64,000 nucleotides of DNA from NCBI GenBank assembly GCA_045130875.1, contig JBGUQI010000018.1, positions 7,508-71,507 on the forward strand, read 5' to 3'. Positions 27,908 through 37,128 of the stretch are shown piece by piece (within the stretch, counting starts at the first letter, position 1; each line of letters opens with the position of its first letter). A model generated the notes under the pieces. It saw only the letters and a list, made by a program, of their open reading frames with translations. It was not told the origin of the DNA and made no database searches. The stretch is from Bacilli bacterium. Its GTDB lineage: Bacteria > Bacillota_I > Bacilli_A > RFN20 > CAG-826. The position numbers were made by a program, and so were the translations under genes.

Positions 27908-28228
27908 ATGAAACAAGAGACAATTGAAAGAATAAGAAGATTTACCACTGATAGGGATTGGGATCAATTCCATAGTCCTGCCAATTTAGCAAAATCAATT
28001 TCCATTGAAGCTAATGAATTATTAGAGTGTTTTCAATGGGATGAAGAACACTATGACATCGAAGAAGTTAAAGAAGAACTTGCAGATGTTCTTGTATATT
28101 GTAGAAACATGCTCGATAAACTTGATTTAGATGAAGATGAAATAGTAAATGCTAAAATGGAACAAAATGAGAGAAAATATCCTGTTAGCAAAGCTAAAGG
28201 AAAGGCTGACAAGTATAATAAACTATGA
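27908..28228 (+). CDS. MazG-like nucleotide pyrophosphohydrolase (YpjD-type, 106 aa)
   Basis: DRDWDQFHSPANLAKSISIEANELLECFQW ... ELADVLVYC matches the all-alpha NTP-PPase signature with an ExxE metal motif. Confidence 0.8.
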   Translation: MKQETIERIRRFTTDRDWDQFHSPANLAKSISIEANELLECFQWDEEHYDIEEVKEELADVLVYCRNMLDKLDLDEDEIVNAKMEQNERKYPVSKAKGKADKYNKL

Positions 28229-30084
28229 TTATTTATAACAACACACTTGCAAAATTTAGAGAACACGTCACTCTCAATCTGATGGAACAAATGCTTTTAT
28301 CAGCATTGAGAGATAAAGGTTTGAGTGGTGGTTCTCAAAGTGAAATTAATTCCTGGAACAACTCCCTTCATTTTATGAAAGATGTTCTGGAGGATAATTA
28401 TTTTTCAAGCGACTGCCAAGTAGCTATTGAATATAACATTCCACAAACATCAAAGCGTGTTGACTTTATGATAATGGGTAACAACGGTGTTGAAGACCAT
28501 GTTGTTATCGTTGAATTAAAACAATGGGCAAAGGTTGAAAAGGTTGATGATTCATGTGATCACTCAATAATGTCAGATTTAAAATCGCATGAACCGGTTG
28601 CGCACCCATCTTATCAAGCATACTCATACAAATGTTTAATCTTGGACTATTGTGATGACACTCATGTTAATGATCAAACATTAAAACCGTGTGCCTATCT
28701 TCATAATCTAAGTGAGGCCTATCGCCCAGTTATCGAAGATAATCTATATAGTGAATGGACAACAGAAGCACCTGTATTTTTACAAAAAGATGTTCTCAAA
28801 ATGAGAAATTTTGTTAAGCAATATATTAAGCTCAAAGCTAATGACGGTTCTTTGCTTTATAAAATTGAAGAAGGCAGATTAAGACCAACAAAATCATTAC
28901 AAGATGCTTTAGATTCCATGCTTTGTGGTAACCAAGAATTCCACATGATAGATGAGCAGGTTGTTGCTTATGATAAAATCATGAAAGCCATTAAAGAATC
29001 CCACATTGATAATAAAAAACATGTAATCATAATCACTGGTGGACCAGGCACCGGAAAGTCTGTTTTGGCTATCAATCTTCTTGCTCACTGCATCATTGAT
29101 TTGAAACTCAATGCCTCTTATATCACAAAGAACATGGCGCCTAGAAAGTGCTATGCCAATTTGTTAGCAAAAGGTAATGCTAAAAAAATGATTAATCTGC
29201 AAAAAGCCATCCAATCGCCATGGTGTTTGCCTACAACCATCTATAATGGATTTGATGTTGGCATATATGACGAAGCACATAGAATGCAGAAAAAACCATA
29301 TAGATATTTAGGCAATGATATGCTTGAAGATGCTATTAAAGCCGCAAAAGTATCGGTGTTCTTTGTAGATGATGACCAAAGAATAACGATTGAAGATAAA
29401 TATGATGTTCATTCAATCATCACATACGCAAAAAGAGAGAATGCGATAATCCACAAACCATATGAACTTGTGTCTCAATTCCGATGCGATGGTAGTGATG
29501 GATACATCTCATTCCTAAACAATTTGCTGGAGATAAAACAAACGGCAAATACTGTATTCGAATTTAATAAGTTAAATATAAAAGTATTTGATGATCCGAA
29601 TCAAATGCGAGACGAACTAAGAGAGCTAAATAAAATCAATAATAAATCCCGTATGATAGCTGGTTATTGTTACGATTGGAATGTTAAAAACAATCGTGGT
29701 GAGTGGGATATTATGCTTCCAAACAATTTCAAGGCCAAGTGGAATTTGGAAAACGATGACCACTGGGCGGTTAACCCAAATTCATTTGAAGAAATTGGAT
29801 GCATTCATACTTGCCAAGGTATGGAATTTGATTATGTTGGAGTCTTTATAGGCAACGATCTTTATTATAAAGATGGCCATGTTAGAACTAATAGAAGCGC
29901 AATCTCTAAAGATGATAAGACTAGTGGCATACGCCTTAAATCAACAACCGACGAAGAAGCGGACAAATTAATAAGAAGAACCTATAAAGTCCTACTTACA
30001 AGAGGACTAAAAGGATGCTTTATATATTGTGAAGATAAAGCGTTAAATGAATATCTAAAGAAAGCGCTAGTTAAAAGCAATTAA
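28225..30084 (+). CDS. DUF2075-type protein: N-terminal PD-(D/E)XK-like nuclease module fused to a P-loop SF1-like NTPase
   Basis: VDFMIMG...VVIVELKQW (D...ExK), Walker A GGPGTGKS, Walker B YDEAHRM, and C-terminal CQGMEFDYVGV and YKVLLTRGLKG. A 4-nt ATGA overlap joins it to the MazG gene. Confidence 0.8.
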   Translation: MIIYNNTLAKFREHVTLNLMEQMLLSALRDKGLSGGSQSEINSWNNSLHFMKDVLEDNYFSSDCQVAIEYNIPQTSKRVDFMIMGNNGVEDHVVIVELKQWAKVEKVDDSCDHSIMSDLKSHEPVAHPSYQAYSYKCLILDYCDDTHVNDQTLKPCAYLHNLSEAYRPVIEDNLYSEWTTEAPVFLQKDVLKMRNFVKQYIKLKANDGSLLYKIEEGRLRPTKSLQDALDSMLCGNQEFHMIDEQVVAYDKIMKAIKESHIDNKKHVIIITGGPGTGKSVLAINLLAHCIIDLKLNASYITKNMAPRKCYANLLAKGNAKKMINLQKAIQSPWCLPTTIYNGFDVGIYDEAHRMQKKPYRYLGNDMLEDAIKAAKVSVFFVDDDQRITIEDKYDVHSIITYAKRENAIIHKPYELVSQFRCDGSDGYISFLNNLLEIKQTANTVFEFNKLNIKVFDDPNQMRDELRELNKINNKSRMIAGYCYDWNVKNNRGEWDIMLPNNFKAKWNLENDDHWAVNPNSFEEIGCIHTCQGMEFDYVGVFIGNDLYYKDGHVRTNRSAISKDDKTSGIRLKSTTDEEADKLIRRTYKVLLTRGLKGCFIYCEDKALNEYLKKALVKSN

Positions 30085-30098
30085 GAAAAAAGTAGCAC

Positions 30099-32627
30099 AT
30101 GAATCTAAAACTATTCGAACACAACGGATTTGCTTTAATTGAAAAATACTCTTTTAATGAAAAATATTCTTCGTATGTTTTTTCTGTTGAGGATTTTGTT
30201 GTAATTATTGATAACTGTTTTGATGCTGAAAATGAAAAACACAACTTTTTCAACTATTCGAAGTATTGCGAGATGCAAAACAAATACATGCTCTCCAGTA
30301 GATGCTTGCTTCGATTCAATTTGTCTGGCAACACTTCTAAATTGATAGAAGAGATCATCGATTTAATTAAAAACCACAGCATAAAAGATAATGATTATTT
30401 AGATGATGGAGGCTCTTTTTCTGATGCTCATATTGATAACACTCCTTTAGAATCCTCTTTTGAAGAAATATTTGCTAATGCTTATGGCAATGAAGCGTTG
30501 GAGTGTTTGAGAAAAGAAGTTTCTATTTCGTATGGGGGAAACAAAAACTACTTCATCGACTACGTAATAGAAACAAAAAGTGGAAATTTTGCATTTGAAG
30601 AAAACGGAGTTAATTATCATCACCCATTAATTGTTGGCAAAAAGAGGTATAAAGAATTATTAGATAAACAAAATACCATCATGTTGCTTGGCTATAAGAT
30701 ATATCGTTTTTCTACCGAGAACTTGCATTTTAAAGATAAGGTTGTCGAAGAGCTTAAGTCTTTTTTACCAGATAAAAAAGAATTTATACCAATAATTATT
30801 TTCAAGAATAGTAGAGGTATGGAGTTGTATAGCCATCAAACCGATATTCTTAAACAATTAGATATTGATAGGTTGAGTGGCAAGACGACTTCCTTGGTTG
30901 TTATTCCTACAGCTGCCGGAAAATCTGAAATATGTATTACTGATTTAGAGAAGGAATACATTAAAATGGAAGTTAAGAGAGTTTTAATCATGGTTCCTTC
31001 TTTAAAGATTAAAGAAGATTGGTTAGAAAGAATAAAAGTTATCAAAAAATATTACGAAGTCATTGATGTAATGTTTTACAACAACGTTTTTATTCATCGC
31101 AATGAGCTGTCTCAAGATTATTATGATTATATTGTTTTTGATGAAGCTCACCACGCTCAAGCATCTAACTGCAAAGCGACCATCCAATATTTTACCCCTA
31201 AATATTTAATTGGGTTGACCGCTACCGATGAGAGATTGGATAACCAAAAATTAGAAGAAATATTTGGCAACTATGAAGTCAAATTGACTTTAAAAGAAGC
31301 CATAGATAAAGATGTCATTACAAACATTAGAGCCTACCGTTTGGAGAGCAACATCAACTTAAAAGAAGTTAGATATAATGGCAAAGATTATAATTATTCT
31401 GATTTAGAAAGAACTCTTGTTATTGATTCCAGAAATGAATTGATTGCAGATCTATTAAATAAATATTTTCAACCAAAACAAAACTTTTACAAACAAGGTA
31501 TTATTTTCTGCGTTAATACTGCTCATACAAAAAAAGTGGCAAAATTATTAAAAGATAAGGGTTTAACAGCAGAAGCTGTTTATGGTGGAAATTCTAAAAA
31601 CGACAAAGTATTTGAACAATATAAAAACAAAGAGGTTCAGTTTTTGTGTTCTTGCCAATTAATCTCTGAAGGGTGGGACTCCCCACAAACAGAAGTGGTA
31701 GTGATGGCGAGACCGACGTTATCCAAAGTTTTGTACCTTCAACAGATTGGACGCGGCTTACGGAAGTATCCAGGTAAAGAATGTTTGTATCTTATTGATG
31801 TTGTTGACAATTATTCTTCAAAATTAATTCCATGGAATTTTAATTCATTGTTCCATATATCAACCTATTCCCCATTTATGGGTGTTAAAAACAACGATCA
31901 AGATTATTTGACAATATTTGGATTGTCTGAACATGAGATTGCAATGAAAGAAATAGATATTTTTAGCTTTGAAGAAAAATATAAAGACTATCTATCTCTA
32001 GAGCAGGCCGCCAGAGAATTATTTGTTGGTACTCAAACACTTAATACTTGGAACAAAAACAAAAAATATGCGTCTTTGTATCTTCCAATTGGTAGTAAAG
32101 TTGTTCCCTATTTTTCAGCAAATGATATTTCAAACATAAGATCTGACAAGAATTTAAGCATCCATACAGATGAGACGATACTTAATGATTTCATTGATTT
32201 TATCAATGAAAATACTCTTACTTTCTCGTTTAAATTGGTTTTTCTCATCTACTCACTTCTCCTCGCTGATAAAGAAGGCAACATCAATTTGGATATGTTA
32301 AGCAAGAAGTATGCGGATTTTTATCTTTCTAGATTAAATAAAGGTCTGCCGGTCGATAAAAAGAATTGCATATATAACAAAGACAATCTTTTAAATGAAT
32401 CATTTATTAAAAAGAGCCTATTAGATAATCCCTTTGAAAAATTTGAAAGAAAAAGATTCTTCTACCATTCAAAGGATTTAAATATTGTTTCTTTCAATTT
32501 TGCCCTTTGGACAAAAATGAATGATTCAATAAAAAAAGATATAATGGATAAAGAAATGAAATTTTTGAAAGAATATTATTCAAAATACGGAGGATATGAC
32601 AATGGATATCAATTCAAAATATTATGA
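30099..32627 (+). CDS. SF2 DEAD/DEAH-type helicase (type III restriction res-like) with an N-terminal Vsr/DUF559-like nuclease-fold module and a C-terminal HTH-like/unknown domain
   Basis: N-terminus FIDYVIETKSGNFAFEENGVNYHH. Helicase motifs PTAAGKSE, FDEAHHAQ, GLTATDER and QQIGRGLRK. The ~250-aa C-terminal region is unassigned. Confidence 0.8.
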   Translation: MNLKLFEHNGFALIEKYSFNEKYSSYVFSVEDFVVIIDNCFDAENEKHNFFNYSKYCEMQNKYMLSSRCLLRFNLSGNTSKLIEEIIDLIKNHSIKDNDYLDDGGSFSDAHIDNTPLESSFEEIFANAYGNEALECLRKEVSISYGGNKNYFIDYVIETKSGNFAFEENGVNYHHPLIVGKKRYKELLDKQNTIMLLGYKIYRFSTENLHFKDKVVEELKSFLPDKKEFIPIIIFKNSRGMELYSHQTDILKQLDIDRLSGKTTSLVVIPTAAGKSEICITDLEKEYIKMEVKRVLIMVPSLKIKEDWLERIKVIKKYYEVIDVMFYNNVFIHRNELSQDYYDYIVFDEAHHAQASNCKATIQYFTPKYLIGLTATDERLDNQKLEEIFGNYEVKLTLKEAIDKDVITNIRAYRLESNINLKEVRYNGKDYNYSDLERTLVIDSRNELIADLLNKYFQPKQNFYKQGIIFCVNTAHTKKVAKLLKDKGLTAEAVYGGNSKNDKVFEQYKNKEVQFLCSCQLISEGWDSPQTEVVVMARPTLSKVLYLQQIGRGLRKYPGKECLYLIDVVDNYSSKLIPWNFNSLFHISTYSPFMGVKNNDQDYLTIFGLSEHEIAMKEIDIFSFEEKYKDYLSLEQAARELFVGTQTLNTWNKNKKYASLYLPIGSKVVPYFSANDISNIRSDKNLSIHTDETILNDFIDFINENTLTFSFKLVFLIYSLLLADKEGNINLDMLSKKYADFYLSRLNKGLPVDKKNCIYNKDNLLNESFIKKSLLDNPFEKFERKRFFYHSKDLNIVSFNFALWTKMNDSIKKDIMDKEMKFLKEYYSKYGGYDNGYQFKIL

Positions 32628-33186
32628 TGACAACGCAGACGCTTTTATAACAGATACTTTTGAGTGTGATATGTCTGTTCAATATCACTTTTTTGAAAAG
32701 GAACTAAAAAAGAATGCCAAAACAATATTAGATTTAGGTTTTGGATCTGGAAGAGACTCACTATATTTTCTAAATAAAGGATTTGAAATATACGCAATTG
32801 ATCCATCAAAAAAGTTTTGTGATAACGCCAAAAAGTTGGGTATTAAAAATGTCTTTCAAATAACTGCTCAGGAGATGGAATTTAATAATCTGTTTGATGG
32901 AATATGGGCGTGTGCATCTTTGCTTCATGTGCCTTCAAAGGAATTAAATGATGTATTTAAAAGATGTGCATCTGCTTTGAAAAATAGCGGTGTTATATAT
33001 GTGTCATTTAAATATGGTGTGTTCGAAGGTGAAAGAAACGGCAGGGAGTTTCTTGATTTAGATGAAACCGGCTTACAAAAGTACCTTGAAAACACCCATC
33101 TAATCATCAAAGAAGTACTAATTACTGAAGACGTAAGGCCTGACAAAACAACAAAATGGCTAAACGCAATATTAATTAAGAAATAA
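32602..33186 (+). CDS. small class I SAM-dependent methyltransferase (not an obvious DNA methyltransferase)
   Basis: Motif I ILDLGFGSGRDS, then ACASLLHV. GGAGG lies 8 nt before the ATG at 32602. The gene overlaps the helicase 3' end. Confidence 0.75.
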   Translation: MDINSKYYDDNADAFITDTFECDMSVQYHFFEKELKKNAKTILDLGFGSGRDSLYFLNKGFEIYAIDPSKKFCDNAKKLGIKNVFQITAQEMEFNNLFDGIWACASLLHVPSKELNDVFKRCASALKNSGVIYVSFKYGVFEGERNGREFLDLDETGLQKYLENTHLIIKEVLITEDVRPDKTTKWLNAILIKK

Positions 33187-33206
33187 AGATAAGAGTGGCG
33201 GAATTT

Positions 33207-35291
33207 ATGAAACCAAGACTAAGAAAAACACCAGGAAGAACCTATTACGAATCCTCTATTGAAGATTTTGTGTCGAACAAATATCCAACTGATATAGTTG
33301 ATTTTTTGACTGAGAGTGATGAATCATCAGATCCATATGAGTTATATCTTCAAAAAGGTGCTTGGTCCAATCAAATTAAAATACTTCAAAAATATTTGAA
33401 AGATAAAAAAGGCTACATTATTTTTGAGTACGTTTTATCTAGAGTTAACATGCGCATTGATGTTGTTTTATTAATGGACGGCATCGTCTATTCTCTAGAG
33501 TTTAAGAATAACGAAACAACATTTGAGCCAAGCGCTATTGATCAGGCTGGTGGATATGGCTATGCCTTAAAAAACTTCTATGAAGTTAACAGAGATAAAT
33601 ATGTTGTTCCCATTCTTATAGCCACCAAGGCTCCAGACAGCGATTGTTCTTCGGGGTCTGATTTGGGAATTGATAAGTTGTTTTCTTTATTTAAAGCAAA
33701 CACCAATAAGATGGAACAATATATAGATCTTATTAGAAGTAAATATGGCTCCGAAGTTTTGTATACAGAGGAAGAATTTGAAAACTGGATAAATTCCCCC
33801 TTTAAACCAAATCCCACAATTATTCAAAGCGCCAGATCCATTTATATGAACAATCAGGTAGATGAGTTCTTTAAATTTGATGCCGGTGAGGAAAATTTAA
33901 AAATAACAGAAAGAACTGTCGAGTTGATAGTTAGTGAAGCAAAGGAAAATAAGAAAAAGATTATATGTTTTGTTTCTGGCGTTCCTGGTGCTGGCAAAAC
34001 TTTGGTTGGCTTGGATTTGGCTGGTAAAAGCAAAAACGATAATAGTGATGAGTTCTTTGATACTGTATTCTTCAGCGGCAACGGACCTTTAATAAACGTC
34101 TTGACTGAAGCCTTAGGAAGAGATGCTTATAAAAAAGATTCGACTAAGTATACTTCGAAGTATCAAGCTGTTAGTGATGTAAAGGCTTTTATCCAGGATT
34201 TGCACGCTTTTAAGCAGGATATTATATCCACCAAAAAGAAAGTAATTAATGAAAATGTCTTAATATTCGATGAAGCCCAAAGGGTTTGGGACGAAGAACA
34301 ATTGGAAAAATGGCTAACGAAAAAAGGCGCCGATAAATCATATTATGGTTTGTCTGAGGCCGATCTATTATTGAGCACATTCAACAAAAAAGAATGGGGA
34401 GTCATTGTTGCATTAGTAGGGCTTGGTCAAGATATCCACACTGGTGAAGATGGTTTGGGGGTCTGGTTCAAATCACTTCTTAACAAACATAAAGAATGGG
34501 AGATTAGATTGTCTAAAGAAATCTTTTCTCAAAGAGCGGATAATCTATCTTCATATATTGAATCAATAAAGAATTGCCCCAGAGTAAAAGAAGATCCCGG
34601 CCTTTATTTAAAAACATGTATTAGAACTCCAAGAGCCAAAAACCTATCTGAATTTGCAGAAGCACTTCTCCATAACGAACCAGAAAAAGCTAAAGTGGCG
34701 CTTGAGAACTTCGACGATTATCCAATTTGTATAACCAGAGATTTAAAATATGCTGAACTATTTGTTTCTAGCAATATGTCCAGAAAAGAAAGATGCGGAA
34801 AGCTCTGTAGTAGCAACAGTAAAATATTAGGCAGACTTAGTCATAATTTTGACAACATAGATAATTGGCATTTTGCTAATTGGATGCTTGACGAAAGTGG
34901 TAGAGATTCATCAAACTCTTTAGTTTTTTCGGCCTCTGAATTCAATATTCAAGGATTAGAAATAGACTGGTCATTATTAGGCTGGGATATGGATATGTAT
35001 TATTCAAATGGTGAATGGCATCAACAGAAGATGCTTACCCCAAAACGATTTGTTGAAAGCACAGATGTTCAGAAGAAGCACATTTTAAATTCCTATCGTG
35101 TGCTTCTTACTAGAGCCAGAAAAGGAATGATAATTTACATTCCAAAAGCCAATGATTTTCCAGATTTATATGATGTTGCTAAGTATTATGATTCGACTTA
35201 CAACTATCTCAAATCATGTGGAATCAAAGATATAGAAGAAACTAGCGGTGAGTTTTTAAAAATACCTAACGCAGTTAGATTGCCGTTTTAA
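33207..35291 (+). CDS. second DUF2075-type nuclease-NTPase fusion (paralogue-like of 28225-30084)
   Basis: IDVVLLMDGIVYSLEFKNN (D...ExK), Walker A GVPGAGKT, Walker B FDEAQRVW, and C-terminal IQGLEIDWSLLGW and YRVLLTRARKG. The track starts at GTG 33195. Confidence 0.8.
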   Translation: MKPRLRKTPGRTYYESSIEDFVSNKYPTDIVDFLTESDESSDPYELYLQKGAWSNQIKILQKYLKDKKGYIIFEYVLSRVNMRIDVVLLMDGIVYSLEFKNNETTFEPSAIDQAGGYGYALKNFYEVNRDKYVVPILIATKAPDSDCSSGSDLGIDKLFSLFKANTNKMEQYIDLIRSKYGSEVLYTEEEFENWINSPFKPNPTIIQSARSIYMNNQVDEFFKFDAGEENLKITERTVELIVSEAKENKKKIICFVSGVPGAGKTLVGLDLAGKSKNDNSDEFFDTVFFSGNGPLINVLTEALGRDAYKKDSTKYTSKYQAVSDVKAFIQDLHAFKQDIISTKKKVINENVLIFDEAQRVWDEEQLEKWLTKKGADKSYYGLSEADLLLSTFNKKEWGVIVALVGLGQDIHTGEDGLGVWFKSLLNKHKEWEIRLSKEIFSQRADNLSSYIESIKNCPRVKEDPGLYLKTCIRTPRAKNLSEFAEALLHNEPEKAKVALENFDDYPICITRDLKYAELFVSSNMSRKERCGKLCSSNSKILGRLSHNFDNIDNWHFANWMLDESGRDSSNSLVFSASEFNIQGLEIDWSLLGWDMDMYYSNGEWHQQKMLTPKRFVESTDVQKKHILNSYRVLLTRARKGMIIYIPKANDFPDLYDVAKYYDSTYNYLKSCGIKDIEETSGEFLKIPNAVRLPF

Positions 35292-35451
35292 TGTTTCCAA
35301 CAATTATTTAAAGAACGCAAAATCAATTATAAAAATATTATGGCGCTTATTACATGTCCAGAACGCTAGAAGTTATCAACAATATTAAGAACCCTAAAGA
35401 AACATCGAATGATGGGGAATGCTTATAAACCAATTTATCAGGAGAAATAAT

Positions 35452-35853
35452 ATGAAGAATAAATTATCAAATAAAATATTTAACATTATTGGATTAATTT
35501 CTATTATTTTAGCGGTGGTGTTCATGTTAACAACTACTGCGGATAGTAATAATTCTATGGTTCATTATGCAATTGAATATCAGAAGGCTGCTCCTCTTGT
35601 TGGTTTTGTAATTACATTGATAACACTTCTTGGTGGTATTTTTGTGACAGTACTTTCTGTGATAGGAAAGGCACACAAATATGATTGGATTGAAAGTATG
35701 TTTCTAGCGGCATTATTTATTTATTTTTTAGCCATAGTTTTAGGTGATAAAAATAACGACTTTTTTAGGAACGGTTTTCATGAAAGCACCTCTAAAGCAA
35801 TAATGTGTATAGGCATTGGCTCTGTTTGTTATGGGGTTGGAGCACTTATTTAA
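35452..35853 (+). CDS. small polytopic membrane protein
   Basis: GGAG RBS, then ATG at 35452. Four hydrophobic segments. Confidence 0.55.
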   Translation: MKNKLSNKIFNIIGLISIILAVVFMLTTTADSNNSMVHYAIEYQKAAPLVGFVITLITLLGGIFVTVLSVIGKAHKYDWIESMFLAALFIYFLAIVLGDKNNDFFRNGFHESTSKAIMCIGIGSVCYGVGALI

Positions 35854-35859
35854 AAATTA

Positions 35860-36726
35860 ATGACTCAAGAAATATCTCAATTATTATTAGTTTTATTAGT
35901 TTTATTCCTCGTTGGCTTTGTTATATCACTCGCGATATTTTTGCCTCTTTTCCTCACATATATGTGCAGGACGAGGTATCGCGATTTTGTAAAGTTACAT
36001 AGTAAAGCATTAAGAGAATTAAAGTATATTAACTATAAATATAATAGACAGTTTATTAGGATTCCTAATTTTGATATGTCTCATTCATATGATAATGAAA
36101 ACTTCTACGATGACATATCATGTGAAGACTATTTAATTTATGGCCTTGTCAGCAAACAAAAAGAAGTACTAAAGGGATTGAAAGATACTTTAAGCAACAT
36201 TGAAGTATGTAAGAGTTATCAAACAGAAATAGATGCCATAGATACATTTACTGAGTTTGATGCCGATATAGGTCCTTTGAAAAGAAAAAGGTTGGAAAAG
36301 ATAGAAGAAGATATGTTTGATGATGAGGTATTAACACCAGACATTGATTTTAAAATAACTGTTGAATTAACAAGAACCAATATTAATGGTGACTATCAAG
36401 ATAGTAAGAGCAGAACTTTTTATCCCAAAGAGATCAAAACCATCATTGCTCAGTTAAATCAAAAAAGAGGCAATTTCTACACAAATGAAGATATTTGGCA
36501 CGCGATTTGCCGTGTTGAAAGAGGTAAAGTGTCTAATAAAATGAGATTTGCCATCTATGCTAGAGATGGATATCGTTGCAAGAAGTGTGGAAAGAAACAT
36601 GATGGTGATAATTTAGAAATTGATCACATCTATCCGATTGCTAAAGGTGGCAAGTCAACTTATGACAACTTACAAACCTTATGCAGAAGATGCAACAAAA
36701 ATAAGGGTGCTAATGTAGAATATTAA
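35860..36726 (+). CDS. membrane-anchored HNH endonuclease
   Basis: N-terminal TM helix LLLVLLVLFLVGFVISLAIFLPLFL. C-terminal CKKCGKK...LEIDHIYPIAKGGKSTYDNLQTLCRRCNKNKG is an HNH/zinc-finger motif. Confidence 0.8.
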   Translation: MTQEISQLLLVLLVLFLVGFVISLAIFLPLFLTYMCRTRYRDFVKLHSKALRELKYINYKYNRQFIRIPNFDMSHSYDNENFYDDISCEDYLIYGLVSKQKEVLKGLKDTLSNIEVCKSYQTEIDAIDTFTEFDADIGPLKRKRLEKIEEDMFDDEVLTPDIDFKITVELTRTNINGDYQDSKSRTFYPKEIKTIIAQLNQKRGNFYTNEDIWHAICRVERGKVSNKMRFAIYARDGYRCKKCGKKHDGDNLEIDHIYPIAKGGKSTYDNLQTLCRRCNKNKGANVEY

Positions 36727-36727
36727 T

Positions 36728-37012
36728 ATGTCTCCAAATAATACAAACCACAGAGCAGGTAGAATGATGATGAGAGCAATGGGTCCCGCCGCTTTCTTTA
36801 TTACACTATTAGCCTTTATACTTCCTCCTGTTGGATTTTTGTTAGCTTTTAGGGGATTTTGGATAGATCGACAAAACGGTGAAAGATATGTTGGCTGGAT
36901 AGTGGTGATGGCTATCGCTGTTTTTGCATCACTCGTTATGATTGCTGGCTTAATTGCATTATTAACTTATAGTGGCGAGACCGCTGAAGAGGTTGCTTTA
37001 TTGCTTTTATAA
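36728..37012 (+). CDS. small two-TM membrane protein
   Basis: Starts 1 nt after the HNH gene stop. Two hydrophobic helices. Confidence 0.55.
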   Translation: MSPNNTNHRAGRMMMRAMGPAAFFITLLAFILPPVGFLLAFRGFWIDRQNGERYVGWIVVMAIAVFASLVMIAGLIALLTYSGETAEEVALLLL

Positions 37013-37128
37013 TCAATGTCCATATTTTGGGACATACACCTTGTTAGATTGTTAATAAGAGATTTAAAATCTCAAAAGTGATTTTATATTGATAGTTACG
37101 ATATAATAAATTGAACGGAGATATTCTT

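Noticed and set aside
32602-33186. DNA methyltransferase of a restriction-modification, BREX or DISARM system
   Set aside because: The 194-aa protein has only a generic class I SAM-binding motif. It lacks DPPY/NPPY or PC-ENV motifs and a target-recognition domain. No PglZ, PLD or DUF1998 partners are present.
19323-35291. Impression of a codon-usage shift (more TTG Leu and CGN Arg than in flanking genes), suggesting a horizontally acquired island with defined borders
   Set aside because: This is only an impression by eye. I could not quantify it, and no integrase, tRNA or flanking direct repeats are visible. It needs k-mer or codon statistics and comparative genomics.
35452-37012. Zorya type II (ZorA, ZorB, ZorE-HNH)
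   Set aside because: The flanking membrane proteins are only ~130 and 94 aa. They show no MotA/MotB-like features or the long ZorA tail.
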